Shown: positions 37,051 through 51,700, counted from the first letter of the stretch. The stretch: DNA of 60,180 bases from Obrimoposthia wandeli (GCA_977020255.1 CDROCS010003045.1:1-60180), one strand, 5' to 3'. Numbers and translations: made by a program. Notes: generated by a model from the sequence alone, not told the origin.

Positions 37051-37086
37051 AAGAAAGAATGTAATTGTACATTTGAGGTTTAGTGC

Positions 37087-39910
37087 GTTCATGAGATAAT
37101 CACTGGCGTGAATAAATGTAAGAATGTAGATAGGAAGATTAGTTTGAAAACACTATTGTGGCTATCAGTTTTTGCTTATTTTGTATTAAAATATTTTTTA
37201 GTGAGATAATTTAATTTTTGAAACCTGACATTTCTTTTTATTGATATATTTAAAGGAAAATTTTATAAATTATGTCTTTCAACAAACATTAACATTGATA
37301 TTATCTCTAACATATCTCAATTTCAAGACATTACAGTATAACCTTGCAAAGTTTCCAACGATAAATTTAGATATACAAATATTTTTCGGATACACTTTTA
37401 TAATACTTTTTATGTCACGGCCTCTAGAAAAGTTCTTCTTCATACATTTTAAGGTATAATTATTTTTGATCGCTTAATAGCATAGGCATATTAAAATTTA
37501 AGAATTCAAAAAGGCTATAAATTTTAGACTTCATCAAAATATAATAATATTAATTTGATAGGCGTTTTTATGCGCATATAACAACTTATAATATTTCATT
37601 GACTTGATTATTTTTCATTCCAAATTAAACATTAAAAAAATAAAAATAACTTTATGAATATGAATAGTTAGCCCTAATAGCAACGCTTAGAGGTCTTGAC
37701 AAACTTCCCTTTCATTTCATTATTTTCTTGTACTGGATTTTTAATTTATTTGTAAAATAACACATCGTTATTCAGATATGTAAATTGTTAATATCTTATT
37801 CAAGATCACATACAGCAATGTGTATTTGATTTAAAAAACAGATTGTTGAACTTCTTAATAAGTTGTTCAAATAAACAATGAAGTCTTGTGAAGTTTCATG
37901 ATCTTCAGATAACCATAATCAAAGAGAATCTTGAGACTTACATCTTCACCAACTTAATGGTAGCAAATGCATTGAATGCGAAAAATGGTTATACCAAATA
38001 AAATGAATACCTGAATCAAAATTGAACAATATTAATTGTCAAGCATGTATAATCTTGCTTAAAGTTGAAACCACATATGTTTGTAAATATTTCCTGCTTA
38101 AATTAAAATATAAATTATTTTAAAATAAATTATATTTGAATTTGTGTATATGAGACAAAATAGACCCAATTCAATAAAGAAATAAAACAAAGGTCTGTGA
38201 AATATAGAATAATTATATACTTAATCAGAATTTACCCCGACTTTTTATTAATAATTAAATAATTTAAGTGTCATATTAATGATATGAAATATTTTTAAAT
38301 TAATTTATATAAAACTTTTTAAATTTTTTTTATTTATGTATCAAAATGTACATTTATTCGTTGTTGGCTTTTTAATAGCTGCATTATATTAAATTTAATA
38401 AAAAAAAAGCACTTGTCATTAAAAAATCATGTGAAATTTATTTACTTATTAAAATGGGGTGAGATTTCTGAATAAGTACCGAATAATCTTACTACAGTAT
38501 AATCCCAATATAATGAGCAATGCTTATAATGTACTGCTTCTTGGGTTGCGAATGAATTTATATCTAATTACATTAAATGATACTATAGTTAAAGCGTACT
38601 TGTATATTTAATTATTTTCTATTGTAACTAATTTATTTCACTGTTAAAAGTGTTCTAATTATTTTGTTGTTTTTAATTGAAACTAAAGTATAATTAAATT
38701 TTAATTAAATTAAAAATTCAATAATACAATTTGATATAATTAGAGATATAATTAAAAAAAAGTTTTTGTTTAAATAATATTTTATTAAATAAGTTAAACT
38801 TTTTGTATAATGTTTAAAAAGTACTTAACCTTTATTTCAAAAAATAAAATGATTGGATTTATTGAAAACAATGAAAAGCTGAAGTTGAAGTTGCTAAACA
38901 ATGTCAGTTGTCAAAAAGAACTGTATGGACGAAAAATATAAAAAGGTAAAGGCAGATTTCTGTGTGAATAGTTTCAAGAAGATCAAAAGATCAAATACCT
39001 TTCAAGTTGTAAGTGATGAATCTGGTGCGGTATCTTAACGATGGGTGGAGGACTGGCTTAAATATTAATCAGAAATTATCAAGGAGTATTTACCGATATA
39101 TATTTATAAGGTTGATGAAACGTTAATCAAACGTACACTTTCCAAGTTGACCCATGTTAAGGAGGAAAATAAAGCAAAAAACGTCTTTCAGTTGTAGTGG
39201 ATGTACACTCATGAATATCAACTTACAAAGCACAAGATGTATATTATATCCCTTCTAAATTTTGTTACTGCTTTCATGTTTTACTGTATTATTTTATTAT
39301 TAATATATGTAAATGTCACATATTTTCAAAAATTCTTTTGTTTTTGCAGTTCTTTAAAACCTTGGGACCAGAGAAAGACGACGCAAATCGAAATAATTTC
39401 CCCCATATATTTCTACATGATAGTTTTACAGCAGTATTTACTTTTTAAAATAACTTTATACATAAAAATGTAAGTTTTTCTAAATGGGAAATCCTCTTTA
39501 TAAAAGGGAAATCACCTCTAAACTCAAGAAATGTAAATAAAAATAATAACGGTTTCAAAAGAATTTCAACTTCAAACGCAACATAAATAGAGATTTTTAT
39601 AGAAGTTGCGCCAAATCTTATTTTTTATAGAAAAAGTTTTTTCTGTTTATATTTTAATTAAATTTTAAATATGCATATGATATATTGATAAAATGTTATT
39701 GTACGTGACAGATATATCAACATTTACTTTAGGTATTAGTGTTTTAAAAGATCAAAATATATTACTTTCAATAGTACGTAAACTGGTGTCAATAAAATAA
39801 TCTTTAAACTTAATTATGCTGGAACTGTCGTTTCATGAATTTTTATTATTTCGAAATAACAATTTTTTCAACATGTTTGAATCTATAGATCCTTGTGCAA
39901 AATGCTGTCA
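37087..39910 (+). repeat. ~2.8-kb direct duplication, copy 1
   Basis: Collinear with 52905-55826 from GTTCATGAGATAATCACTGGCG to GCAAAATGCTGTC. Confidence 0.93.
38860..39200 (+). mobile_element. Internally deleted pogo/Tigger-like transposase relic (copy at ~54690-55050)
   Basis: AEVAKQCQLSKRTV (HTH-like), S..DGW, YKVDET, KAKKRLSVVV. Confidence 0.5.
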
Positions 39911-41079
39911 TAAAGTGGAAGAACTTGAATTCTTTGAGAAACTCTTTGTGTTACTGTATTTGCTGGATTTTTTCTTTTTAAATGCCTTAACTAAATTTTA
40001 GTTATATCTCATTGGTATCAGAAAGCAGATATGATGCTTAGCTGACTATTTGCATTCTTAACCTTTCATTTTTCTTTTCTGTGATTAATCTTTTCAGCTG
40101 ATCTTTCTGATTATCTATTTTCTCGGTTGTCTTTTTCTTTTATTAATTTTTAAGAATATGAAAAATAATTGGCCTTCCAAAATATCGATGTTTAAAGTAC
40201 CCTGCAATTTGTTACTTGGTCCAATTCTCGTGACACTTCAAATTTCACCACAATTTCTTGCCTCTGCTTTTGAGTTAGCTTGTACATTTAAAGGCTGTTA
40301 AATGATAAAATTAGGTTATTTATTTAATATTACATATGTAATTATGAGTGTGTCAAGTTTATGTATTGCTTTTACAAGATAATTGCACAAACAACTGCTA
40401 TGTCCTGATATCTTTATAAAACATCTTTTATATAAACAGTCCATTGTAAATAAATTTCGGAATTTTATTAGAAAATAACGTATTCAAATTATAAAAATAT
40501 GCTCAACTTCTTAAGAAGAAATTAAAACAACATAAAAATCAAAAAAATATCTGTTGGAATTTAAATTATCAAACTTTTTCAAAATAAAGAGATACACATT
40601 ATTTAAAATCTTAAATAATATTCATATTAAGAGGACAAAATCATTAAAAAATTCATTTGAAATTGTTCATTTATTTGTAATGCATTTAGAGCTAATTTTG
40701 ATAATATTTATAATACAGTTCACAAAATTTAAATCGGTTTGACTTCAAATTTTAATATATTTAAATTTCATTGTTATTTTTCATAACAATCATTAAATAC
40801 CATGAATCATGTACGTTATTTTTTTATACAAAATTAGCCCAAATAATATTAAAAGAAACTAATAAAACTCAATTTCCAAAAATTAAACCAAAAAAGTACA
40901 AGATTTAAATAGGTACAATTATGAAAATTTAAAGATTTAAAAATACTAATATTTTGTTTTTATCCTTTTGAGCTTATTACTCCCCACATTATTATTAATT
41001 CCCTTTGAAAAGGCCGTTTTGAAAAATAAAACAGTTTCTTTCTTTTGTCCTGCCAAAAATATTTGAAACCATTTGGGTC

Positions 41080-41540
41080 ATACAGGTGAAACTTCCACTA
41101 CTTGGAGAACAATATTTTGGTTCAATTCATTTGATTTATCACCCTATTGCTACTCCAATGAAGCCATTTTGTTAAAGCTAGTTTCGTTTTTAACAAAAAA
41201 AACCATTAAATGTTTAGTCCTAAAGCAATTGTGGGACACGTCTGTACACAGTGAAATACTTTTTTGTGTTTTCGTCTACTTTCACTAGTTAACTCTTTGG
41301 ACACACTGCTATAGTGCCTTCTACTGGAATAGTATGAAACTGTAAATATGCCCCATATGACACTTCATATTCATCCAAATTGCGTAGAAACTTGCAAACG
41401 TTGTTCTTACTCTGATGGATAGGCCATGATGTCTTTGACCCACTAAGACCTTCTTCATTGAGCATTTTAATAGCATACTGTTCTTCGGAACTTAATCTAG
41501 GTGTTCTTGGGGTATTATTCTTTAACAAAATATTCAAATT
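41080..41540 (-). mobile_element. Tc1/Tc3-like transposase relic (N-terminal HTH joined to C-terminal remnant)
   Basis: PRTPRLSSEEQYAIKMLNEEGLSGSKTSWPIHQSKNNVCKFLRN. Confidence 0.6.
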
Positions 41541-41989
41541 TATTTAATATTTATTCCTTTACAAAATGCAATCATAAAATAGCGACACTGAATATTTTGC
41601 ATTCATTTTAATATCATTCTGTAGTAAATAAATATTTATTAAAAGTATAAAAATGTATTATAAGTTAAGTATTTTTCGCATCAAAATACATCAAAATTAA
41701 ACACCATCACTCTTTATTTTCTATGGTATATTCAATTTCATTATTTTCGTCATAACAGAAAGTTCAATTTATGCCAATTTAAAATAGCGACAAAAAGTTA
41801 ATTTCAATAATCTGACTACTATAAAGTCGAAATAGACACGAAGTACATTTATTATTAAAATAAGCTAAATTCAATACACATTTAATATTTTGTAGTTCCA
41901 CCTTTCCTATCAAAACAATCTACTAGCCTTTTAGGTATGCTTAAAAACAGATTTTGAATATATTCGCGATCCATCTTAACAGCTGATTC

Positions 41990-42850
41990 TAATATTGCGA
42001 TTTTTAATTCAACTTATGAAAAATATTGTTTGCCACAACTATATACATAGTTTGACATTTTGCACAAACATTCTCTATGATGTTTAAGTCAGGGCTTTGA
42101 GGTGGCCAGATTAGTACATTGATTTCGTTTTGTTGAAATCACTCCTTTACGATTCTAGACGTGTGACAAGGAGCGTTGTTTTGTTGAAATATTTGTTGGG
42201 GTCTAGAAACATTTGGTAGGATACATTAAAGAATATTAATATATTTGGTTCCATTTAAATTTCCATCTACAAAGGTGATACATAATGTTCCGTCGTAGGT
42301 TATACATCCCCATATCATCACTGATCCTCCCGACGTGTGTCGCTTCATTATTTTGTGCCTTTTGTATTTGGTGGATCATCCATCCATATTATTAATAGGA
42401 CCATCTAATCTGAAATACTTTTCGTCGGTAATGATTGTCTAAATCAGCGGTTTTCAAAATGTGGGGAACGATCCCCAAGAGGGGCAACTGATTTTCCAAA
42501 ATGGTCGCGTTAGAAAAATATTCTGATACTTCAAATAAAATTATTTGACATTATCATGAAAGAGTGATCTTCAATAATTTTACGAAGCTATTTTTACGTT
42601 AGAAATTTGTTTATAAAAAAGCCCTTTGAATTAATAAATATAAAAGTGTTATTAATTATTTGAAAGTGGGTGCGAAAGATTTCCTCTTCTTTTACTGTAG
42701 TGCTTTCCAAAAAGTTTGGAAACCGCTGAACTAAAGTAATTGCCAGATTTTATAGCCTGTTCCATCATTACCTTGCAGAATGCCGCATGGATGTGGAGGC
42801 AGAGGGAAATCCGATTCTGATTTATCCAAGATACTCCACCTCGATTGATC
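41990..42850 (-). mobile_element. Tc1 DDE transposase relic interrupted by a hAT MITE
   Basis: IITDEKYFRLDG, GGSVMIWGC, FQQNNAPCHTS, WPPQSPDLNIIENV. Confidence 0.9.
42445..42728. mobile_element. hAT (Charlie-like) MITE, 284 bp
   Basis: TIRs CAGCGGTTTTC; flanks GTCTAAAT / AACTAAAG form a partial 8-bp TSD. Confidence 0.75.
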
Positions 42851-45800
42851 GATATATTTCGAAATGGTCATACAATACTTTCAATTGCACTTACCGAATT
42901 TACTCAAAACCAATATGATGTTCGAAATCAACCAACTTGTTTCAAACATGAATCTAATGAATTCTCTGTAAATAGGCCATCAGATACAATTTATCACCCA
43001 GAAATGTTTCAAAAGGCTCGTCATTTATCTTTTCTGTACATGGTAGTCCAGGATATAGAATGTCGGGAATGGAGTTGAATATAACCTCAAGTGAGTGTTT
43101 TTGTTGTTGAGCCTTTTGTTCAAATAATCATAAGAATATTACATTTCTTTAAATGTATTAAGAGAGAAAACATTAAATATTAAGGAATAACTAAGAATCT
43201 TCAATACAAGAAAAGATATTTCAATCGAAATTAACATTTCATCCTGGTACAGCTCGAATCATACGATGTGCTACAAGAAATTACGACACGAGACGTTACG
43301 ACATACTGACCTTTTGAACCATTATTGAATTCCAAAATAAGTGTGTATCTTAGAAAAATATGACAAGTTCTTCAAAAATTCCAATTTTATAAAATGCCAA
43401 GTAAAAATTATGAAATGGAAATTCTATACTTTCACAACAGTAAAAAATATAATTACGTATATCAAGTACAATTTTCCCAATTTATGTTTAAAGTAAATTT
43501 CAATTATCTTTTTGAAATTTCACTGCCAAATTGATCGTGAATATTATCAAAAGTCAAAACTATAAACAACCAAATACTTTACCTTTAAATTTATTGAAGA
43601 TTATCGCAATTTTTACCCGAAATATCAAGTTAGTGAGAAACAATTTTATCATGAAGACCAGTTATCAAGTCAGAATGGGTTTCATTTATTGCATTAGAGC
43701 ACATTTGAATTTTATTTCATAAATCACATTTTGAGGTAAAATTAAATTTGTCATACACTTTATCTTTTATAACTTTCCAAACATATTCCAATATGTTCAT
43801 ATCTGAAATGTAGGGCGGAATTTTAATACTGAAACTATATTTTCACTGAGCATGTCCATTACAAACTTAGCAATGTGCAGTTTGGCGTAGTCCTCTTCAG
43901 TTATCATTGGTATTATTTGCTATTTAAAATTGTTTTATATCTCTCTGTATTTAAATTTTCATAAAATCTGTAGAAGAAAAATGTACTCAAAGAGGTTATG
44001 TAACCATACACAAAAATAGAACCACCTTCTATGAAACTTTTTCTCTCAGAGATTATCTGGTGCTTTGTGAGTTTCAGACACCATTCAGAAATTCAGGATG
44101 TTCTACTTGCGCATAGGTCGAAATATTGGTCTAGACATGCTACTCACAACAATACAGTGTAATTCCGTAAATCAAGAGAAGATAACTCTCGCTGTGTTAC
44201 TGGAAACGCTTTTGTTTAATGTTTGGATTTCAAGTTGATTTATAAAGTGTGGGTTTTGTTCAATTCATGTAATAGAATAAATATTTTTATCATATCCACC
44301 AAAGTCATTCGTGTGAAAAAATTGTTTTGAGCTGTATTTGTCAAAATCTTTGCATGTTGTGATTTGTAATTTGTGGTCATCATGTTCTTTTTATGGAATA
44401 TTATTTTCTTTACTCTTATTAACGGGGTTCTAGATGTTATAACTCAACTTATTCAATAACTGTCGATGTGGTATGAGCCAACAATTAAATCTGCAGGAAA
44501 ATAGAAGTGGGTACCCTGCAAGTGGATCTGGGGCCGTCGTCAAGGAAACCTGCTGATTCGGAATGCCAGTGAAACAAAGCACGAAGCGACCTACTTTTGT
44601 CTGGCCTGCAGCCCGTCAATACGATAGTCACTCGCACCCGTGTTACCGTAGCAAACTACATTGTCATGGCAACCGCTGCTGTAGCTAGCCAGACCCAACG
44701 GCAGCTACACAGTCGGAGACCTTGGCTTGGCTTAAATGTGTCCGTCAAGTGTCAAATGTTCTCGGTCGTGGTTCATTGGTCCGCGCTGGCACTGCACAAC
44801 CCCGTATTGAGTGTCACCAGTGTCCTCTACCGACTGGATCGTCTTGACAACCAAGCTGCAACCTTGAGAACGAGGCCAGTTACCGTGGAGACGAGGATAA
44901 TCTGGCAGACTGGAGTCAAAGTGAGTCAGATTTCATTTTAACAGTTCTGAAGAAGTTATCCACAGGGCAAAAATAATAATCTGGCAAACTGAAAGGTTTT
45001 TTGTTCCTCAACAACCGAACCAAATATATTGATTAGTATAGTTAATAATAATTTGAAATAGAAAAATAAAATTTTAAATTAACTTTTGAAAAAAGTTGTA
45101 AATAATTTATTCAAATTATTTTAAAATAATAGATGGAATGAGATAAGGATTCTTTGCATACACTAAGAAATATGTATTACTAAATTATCGCTGTGAACTT
45201 CATTTCAAGTTAGAGCTTTCAATTTTTTAAGTCATATAAGGAAACTAATTTTAAACATCTTTCTAACTGATTTATTATTTATTTTACCTTTTTAAATTTC
45301 ACTTATTAATAGACTTAAACAAAACTTCAATGAGAACCTTTATTGAGTAGACTAAACTTTATTATTTTTTTTTACATGTTTAAATTTCAAATTAATAAAG
45401 TATACTTTTGAAACGATTAGTGTAAAAATGTAGATATTGATCTATATATTAATCCTGTTATAATTATTTTTACTTCTCCATCTTCTTGTTGCTTTTAATC
45501 CGTCCTTTTTTATAAATATATGAAATTATTAAAATTTCTAAAACCTATCTTTGTTGTTTTTTTTCTTTTTAAGTCTTCTTATTTTAATTGTGGCATAATT
45601 TTGAAAAAAAAAGTACGAAACAATTAAAAAATATTTAAATCTACATATTTTACTTTTAAAAATTCAATTAGACAACCTAATAATTTTACCTAAACAGCAG
45701 ACAATTAATATCGATTTAAGGCAGTAATTCGTTAACTTTTTGTAGGTCAGCACTCCTTTGACTTTTAAAAAATATTTTGTGTCCCTATTTTTAAAATTTT

Positions 45801-48595
45801 ATCTTAAATACAAAATGGATTTAAAAATCTTCTTCGTATATGTAAGGAATGAAAAAAGTTATCAACAGTGTAACAAAAAGTTTTGCCTTGTTTTTGCAAC
45901 TTTGAGTTTATCTGATTTCTTATTTAGAAATGACCAGCAATGTTTTGATAAGTTCGGGTTTTAAGTTAAATAGAGTCCACGAATTTTAATACAACATGAT
46001 CAATAAACTGACAAGAAATTTTTGTTTGACATATGAATAAAATTTGATCAAGCTTTAATGATTATCTGATTAGTGGTCAGAAAATTTGAATTTAATTAAA
46101 TGAATGCTTTGCTGTTACCTATTAATAATAATTTCAATAAACTTAAGAAGAATTTAAATAAGATTTTTTCGACAATAGACAACCATTTTTGAAAACGCAC
46201 TAATTTTGCTTTTTAGATATTCGTTTGTTATAATCTAATTAGTATATTACTATATCCATGCAACTGCTGCACAAAACTGTATTTAAACAACCGTACATGC
46301 TATTAAGAAAAAATGGTAAATATTCAATAATTATTTGGAGTTTTTTAAAAATAAATCTACTAGAAGAAATTTTTTTTCTGATTTTGATCAAATGTTTGTT
46401 AGAGAGGAAAGATTTTTAAAAATAATATTATTTGATAACTACTTTAAATAATTCTCGGTCTTTGTTTAGATATTTGTTTTAAAAAGTCAAGAATCCAAAA
46501 TATTGGTTTATCGGCCACAATTTTGTTGATAAAAAATAAATCCAACGGATTTATTGAAAAGAATCTTTTGAGAGAATATTTTTGTTTCACATTTGGCTAT
46601 TTAAAACATGTGTCTGAAATAATATTAAAAAGACTGTGCGACACAAATTATTATGCAAAATAAATTTGTAAATTCGGTAGAACATCGATTATCCGTTCTT
46701 TTTTAATTCTTAATATAATTACCATTTGAGTAAATAATTCTTAATATAATTTACCAATTTGAGTAACTATGATAAAGATCTTATCTAATCGTGTTGTAAG
46801 TCTCAAAGAGCTGCTCGTTTTTCTTTGACCAAAGCTTTTAAGGCTGACTTAGTCTCAGGTTTTTACTTGAGTGACATGAGTACTCAAGCAAATCAATCGG
46901 TCTCATCAAGTAGCATGATTGATAAAAATGTTCGCATAAGCCAATGCTATCATGTGCATGTATGGTAGTTGTTAAAGGGCAAGGAAACGCACCTCTTCTT
47001 CGACTATGTATGATGATGATTTCACCTCAGAGACAACTCCTCCTTAATATCGTTAACTCGTAGTTTGACTTTAACCTCAGTGGTTGTATGTGGCTTCTTT
47101 TTTCGCGACACGCTGTGTTACTCCACAAGAGGCCTGCAATATTAAAACACTTAACAAAGACCAACTGGACGAGTTCGTTCATGACTTTCTGCAGTGTGAT
47201 AAGATGAAACCGAAAAGGGCTAAGTTTGGTAAACAAACGATGTTTCTAGCTTTAGGTGTTGAAAAAAGTTTATCTGTTCAAGTTAATGCTTCATTTTTCC
47301 GATTGAGAACAGTTTGGAGTATTTCTATTATAATCACAAAACATTCACACACCCACAACAGTTTTTAACCGTGAATATACGAGGTGACTAAACAATTCCA
47401 TTATAATATATAAAGTCTAAAATAATATTTCCAAAAGGATATCAGTTTTTACAATTCTGTTATATCCTGTAAAGTTACACTCGTTGTAACTTACTAAATT
47501 GAATCTAGAAAGTTACTAGATAAATTACAGCATAATACTTAACTTACTGTACAATAAGTCACCCAAAATTGGTCCAAAATATAATCTCAAACCTGTTAGT
47601 AGGTACAAAAAAAATTACTAGGTGGAAAAACAGGTAAAATAAAATTGCACGCACACTACACAACATTTTAAAATTAAAATCCAATTAAACACAGAGTAAG
47701 AAATTACACAAAATTTAAGAATTTTAATAGATGGATTTATAGTTTAATAGATTGATTTTAAATATTAAAAAACAATTTAAATTCAAAATTCAAAACTTTT
47801 TACGACAGATTTTGATGACTAGATTTGATGACCTTTTATTCTGGGACTATAAAACAAAAATAAGTGTTAAGAAAATTAAAATAGAAAATTTGGAGAAATT
47901 CAGTGATTTTAACAGTCTGCCAAAAGTCTGTTAAAATGAGAATGTTTGCTAAAAATTTAATCAAATAAATGTTTTACATACTTGATAATTTTAAATCCGT
48001 TTCATCAGGCTTTAAAATCGACTAAAATAGCTATTTAAAAAATTTCACTTACTAAGTTTCTTTATTCGACTTAGTAAGTTACACAGAGTGTGTAGTAAAA
48101 ATAAAGTACCAGTTGTCAAGCCTTCCACAAATATATTAAATCCAAAAATCCACTTCAAAATGAATAATAATACCATAGGTTTGTAATTAATATTTCAACA
48201 AACGCTTTTTAAAAAGCATGATATTTACCATTATCTATCTGTATACGAAATTTAATCATTACCTGATCATTTGAGGCGACTAATAAAATTATTTGGATAT
48301 TGTGTCTATCAAATTTTGTTTCTAAATGACCATCAAATGTCAACGTTACGCCGTAATCAATTGGTATGGTTATTTCGAGAATGCACTAAAATAAAAAATA
48401 AATACGTACCGAGATCAAATAACAGTGTTAGCTGTAAGAATTAGCAAACATTGTAGATTAATAATAGGTTTATACGATATATAAAATAAATTATAATTTT
48501 GACTAATAAAAAAAGGAGTAAATAATAATAATTTTTTGTTTTATGTATTTCGCCATTTTTTTTTATTGTTTTTTTATAAAACTAAATCACAAATT

Positions 48596-49530
48596 ATGGA
48601 TATGACAAGAGATGATTGCAGTATTTGTATTGAACCTATTGAGGCAGACGATTACTACGATGCAAGCTGTAACACAGCTTCCTCAAACTGTGCATAGTCA
48701 CATGGTTGGTAAACGCCAACACTTGTCCATATTGCCGAACAGTTTTAAAACATGTCATCGAGACTAATAATGAAAAGCATCGTAAAATTTGTTTGGTTGC
48801 ACTACAAGAAAGAAAGAAGATAGATGCTGTGAACTTGTCAAAGAAGTATGTGAAGGTCTCAATGAGTTACTGGAATGTCGGAGAAGCTGTACGAGCATAC
48901 TCGAGTCTTTTTAATTATCAAAGACGTTGAACCGTGTTCTGGAATGAAACGATTCCAGGCGCGATAAGCAACTGGCTTGATGTAAAAGAACCAGTTTACG
49001 GAATCTTATGAAGAAAATTATGACCAAATAACTGCAATTGCGGGTATAGCGGAAGCTCGGAGATTATTAAACACTGCAAAACTGTTTTGTATTAAACATT
49101 TACCTGGAATACGATACATTTGAAAACCTGTATCATCTTTTAAATGCCATTTTGAGAGGGCTGAGCTGATGTTCGAGGGGTCAACAAAGGGAGATGATAC
49201 TGACTTGATCACCCTGGGTCAGATTTGTGAAACCTCAAACATATTCACAATTTAATTGAAAAATTGTTAAAGAATCTCAAATTTTTTTATGGTGACAAGA
49301 AATTGGCTTTTGAAACCTTTGAATGCAACGACAAAAATTTTTTCTTCCTATGTTCGCGGATCACGACCTATGCATTTGCTGTAAGGAGAAACTAGATGAA
49401 GAAGCTTCAGGGACAAAGATTGCCGGCTGTGGGCACTTGTTATGTTTGAATGCTTTGACAAAGAAACTATGTTAAATTTACCAATTTGCTGCCATGTCAG
49501 GAATCTTAGTGCATTCCAGCCATATGGAAA
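48596..49530 (+). pseudogene. Intronless RING-finger ORF relic(s) with two RING domains
   Basis: CSICIEPI..SCN(H)SFLKLCIVTWLVNANTCPYCR (one frameshift) and CICCKEKL..GCGHLLC..CF..LPIC. Confidence 0.72.
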
Positions 49531-50109
49531 ATTTTAAAATACAAAGTAAAATCGTGTATCAGCTCGGAGTAATGTATTTGTGTGATAATTGTATAAGGGT
49601 ATATACTAGAATCCAGGGCTACAATGTTCAGAAGGATACCCCATAAGCTTATATGTTTTGAGTTATGTTGTTGAGAAAGTGAATGTATATGGTCGTCTAT
49701 GTAAAAGTATAAGAGAGTGTTTTATAAGAAAATATGGTCTGTGTTGGTAATTATAATTTTAAAGAATCCGTTTTGATTGATTTCACTTTAATTTTAATTT
49801 TTGAAATTGTAAAATAGGCCATATCCAATTTATCGCGGCATCATATTATCATATAGTGATGAAAAGGGTTATACGAAGTAACAACTTTTCTATGGTAATA
49901 GAACATATCTATATATATTATTTATTAATGGTATAAAAATAATTATGTATAACAACTATAAAAAATTTAACCGGTTTTTGTAGGATAACTCCTTTTTTCT
50001 GCTATCATTTATATAATTTCTATGAAATTATTTTTTAAATAATGAAATCAACTAAATGTTAAACCTTCTTTCATAAATTTCAAAATAATTTTAAACTTAT
50101 GATATTAAT

Positions 50110-51335
50110 TTAAATAAAATAGGATAACAAGCATTGTTTTTTTTTTTTCCATTTCTTTTATTATGTGCCATTAAAACTGATTGCTCGGTTTTAACTCTTC
50201 GAGACACATAGTTTTGCGCCAAAATATCAAGCCTAGGCTTTAGAACGCCTGTGCTTATCAAAGAAAATTCCATTTGTTGCGTTTCAAACAAAGATGTACA
50301 TTAACACCGGGAATTAAATATTTGGAGTTGTTTAAAGAAATTAATTCTCATAGACCCACACATTTAGTACACTTTAGACTGCAATATATTCTGTACTGAG
50401 TTTCTACCGTTTTATCAAGACCAATAATTGACAAATTAAATATTTTTGAGTATCAGTATTATAATTCAATAGACTTTCATTCAAAGCTTAATGATCTACC
50501 TAATCTACCTAAGCCAGCCAAGATCCATATTGTTTACTGTCAAAATATGGTAATTGTAATAACTTCAACTTGTTGGCTTTGACTAAAAGCTTAAATTTTT
50601 GCCTGATTTGCCATTTCGTTTACTTAAATGTATTGTTAAACTTGTCTTGGCTTTGTATGTGCTTCTCAAAGTGAAATTAGCAGTCATCCTATAGCCGTTG
50701 GTTCTATAACACTAGTTGAAATATATAATTGATTAACAGAATTTAAAAAATTTCCCTGAATTTTAGCTTTTATGTTTTTTTTTGTATGTGTTTCAAAGTA
50801 TTTCAGTAAACCAAGTTTTATCGAGTTTATCATGAAAATCGTTTTATATTGCTTTTTACTGTAAATGTCATTTAAATTTTTTTTAATGTTACTAACATTT
50901 ATCCAAATATTCACTGAATTCCTTCATTAAAAAGCCACATAAATTCACTTCCACTATCTATTTTATAATATTTTGAAAACCTTTTCAGTTCAGCACACCT
51001 TTAGATCTAATATCAGCTAACAACAGGTTTGCTACTCTTCGCGAGAACATTTTGAATCGATTTAGATAAAACATTATCCCGTTTTATATATTACCTACTA
51101 CATGTTAGCTTTCAAAACCGAATTGAACAGCTTCTTTTTTTTAGATTCAAATGTCAATTGAATAAATTCTTATCGATTTTTAAACATGACTTTGTTATTG
51201 TCATATAAACATTTCACTTCTTTATCCACACATATAATATTTTTATTTTATTATCAAACCCAATCATAACATTATTTGATTCATCATTCTTAATTTCTTT
51301 TCTAAACGAAATATGTGAGCTTTTTTTCTGATAGT
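50110..51335 (-). mobile_element. Inverted second copy of the deleted Maverick penton-core-capsid block (30933-32250)
   Basis: Nucleotide collinearity, including the same core/capsid junction; ORFs 50684..50914 and 50097..50291 carry penton and capsid motifs. Confidence 0.9.
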
Positions 51336-51399
51336 AATATCAATTTGTTTATTCGAGGAATATATCTCGTCGGACACAGCGAATTCACGTAGAATAATA

Positions 51400-51700
51400 A
51401 TTCACGACGAGCTATCCTTACTCTGGACACCATTTTAATAGGTTGGGGTTTCTATTTGAAACTCTTAAATAGATCCTCGGATGAAGGCTCCCAGCGTGAG
51501 TTCTATAGAACTTGGGCTTGTAGTTGTTTGTGGCCTACTTAGATTGTGCTTACATGTTTCAATGTCTTATCTGAAGGTTGGGAGATGTAAAGAGCTGTGT
51601 ATATGGGCATGGAGAAAATTTCCCTTAGTGTGATGTGGTGTATGGAGTGGTTGGTACTAGTTTGATTCCAAAGGCTTTGTTCAAACAACACTGAATAACT
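51400..51700 (-). mobile_element. Possible retroelement integrase relic
   Basis: AFGIKLVPTTPY motif only. Confidence 0.3.

Noticed and set aside
39201-39473. Hydrophobic ORFs 39201..39473 and 55049..55312
   Set aside because: T-rich low-complexity sequence in the duplicated block; the reading frames diverge between copies.
48386-48409. 24-bp GT-AG mini-intron with an adjacent exon-like frame
   Set aside because: Implausibly short, and the flanking peptides are not recognisable.
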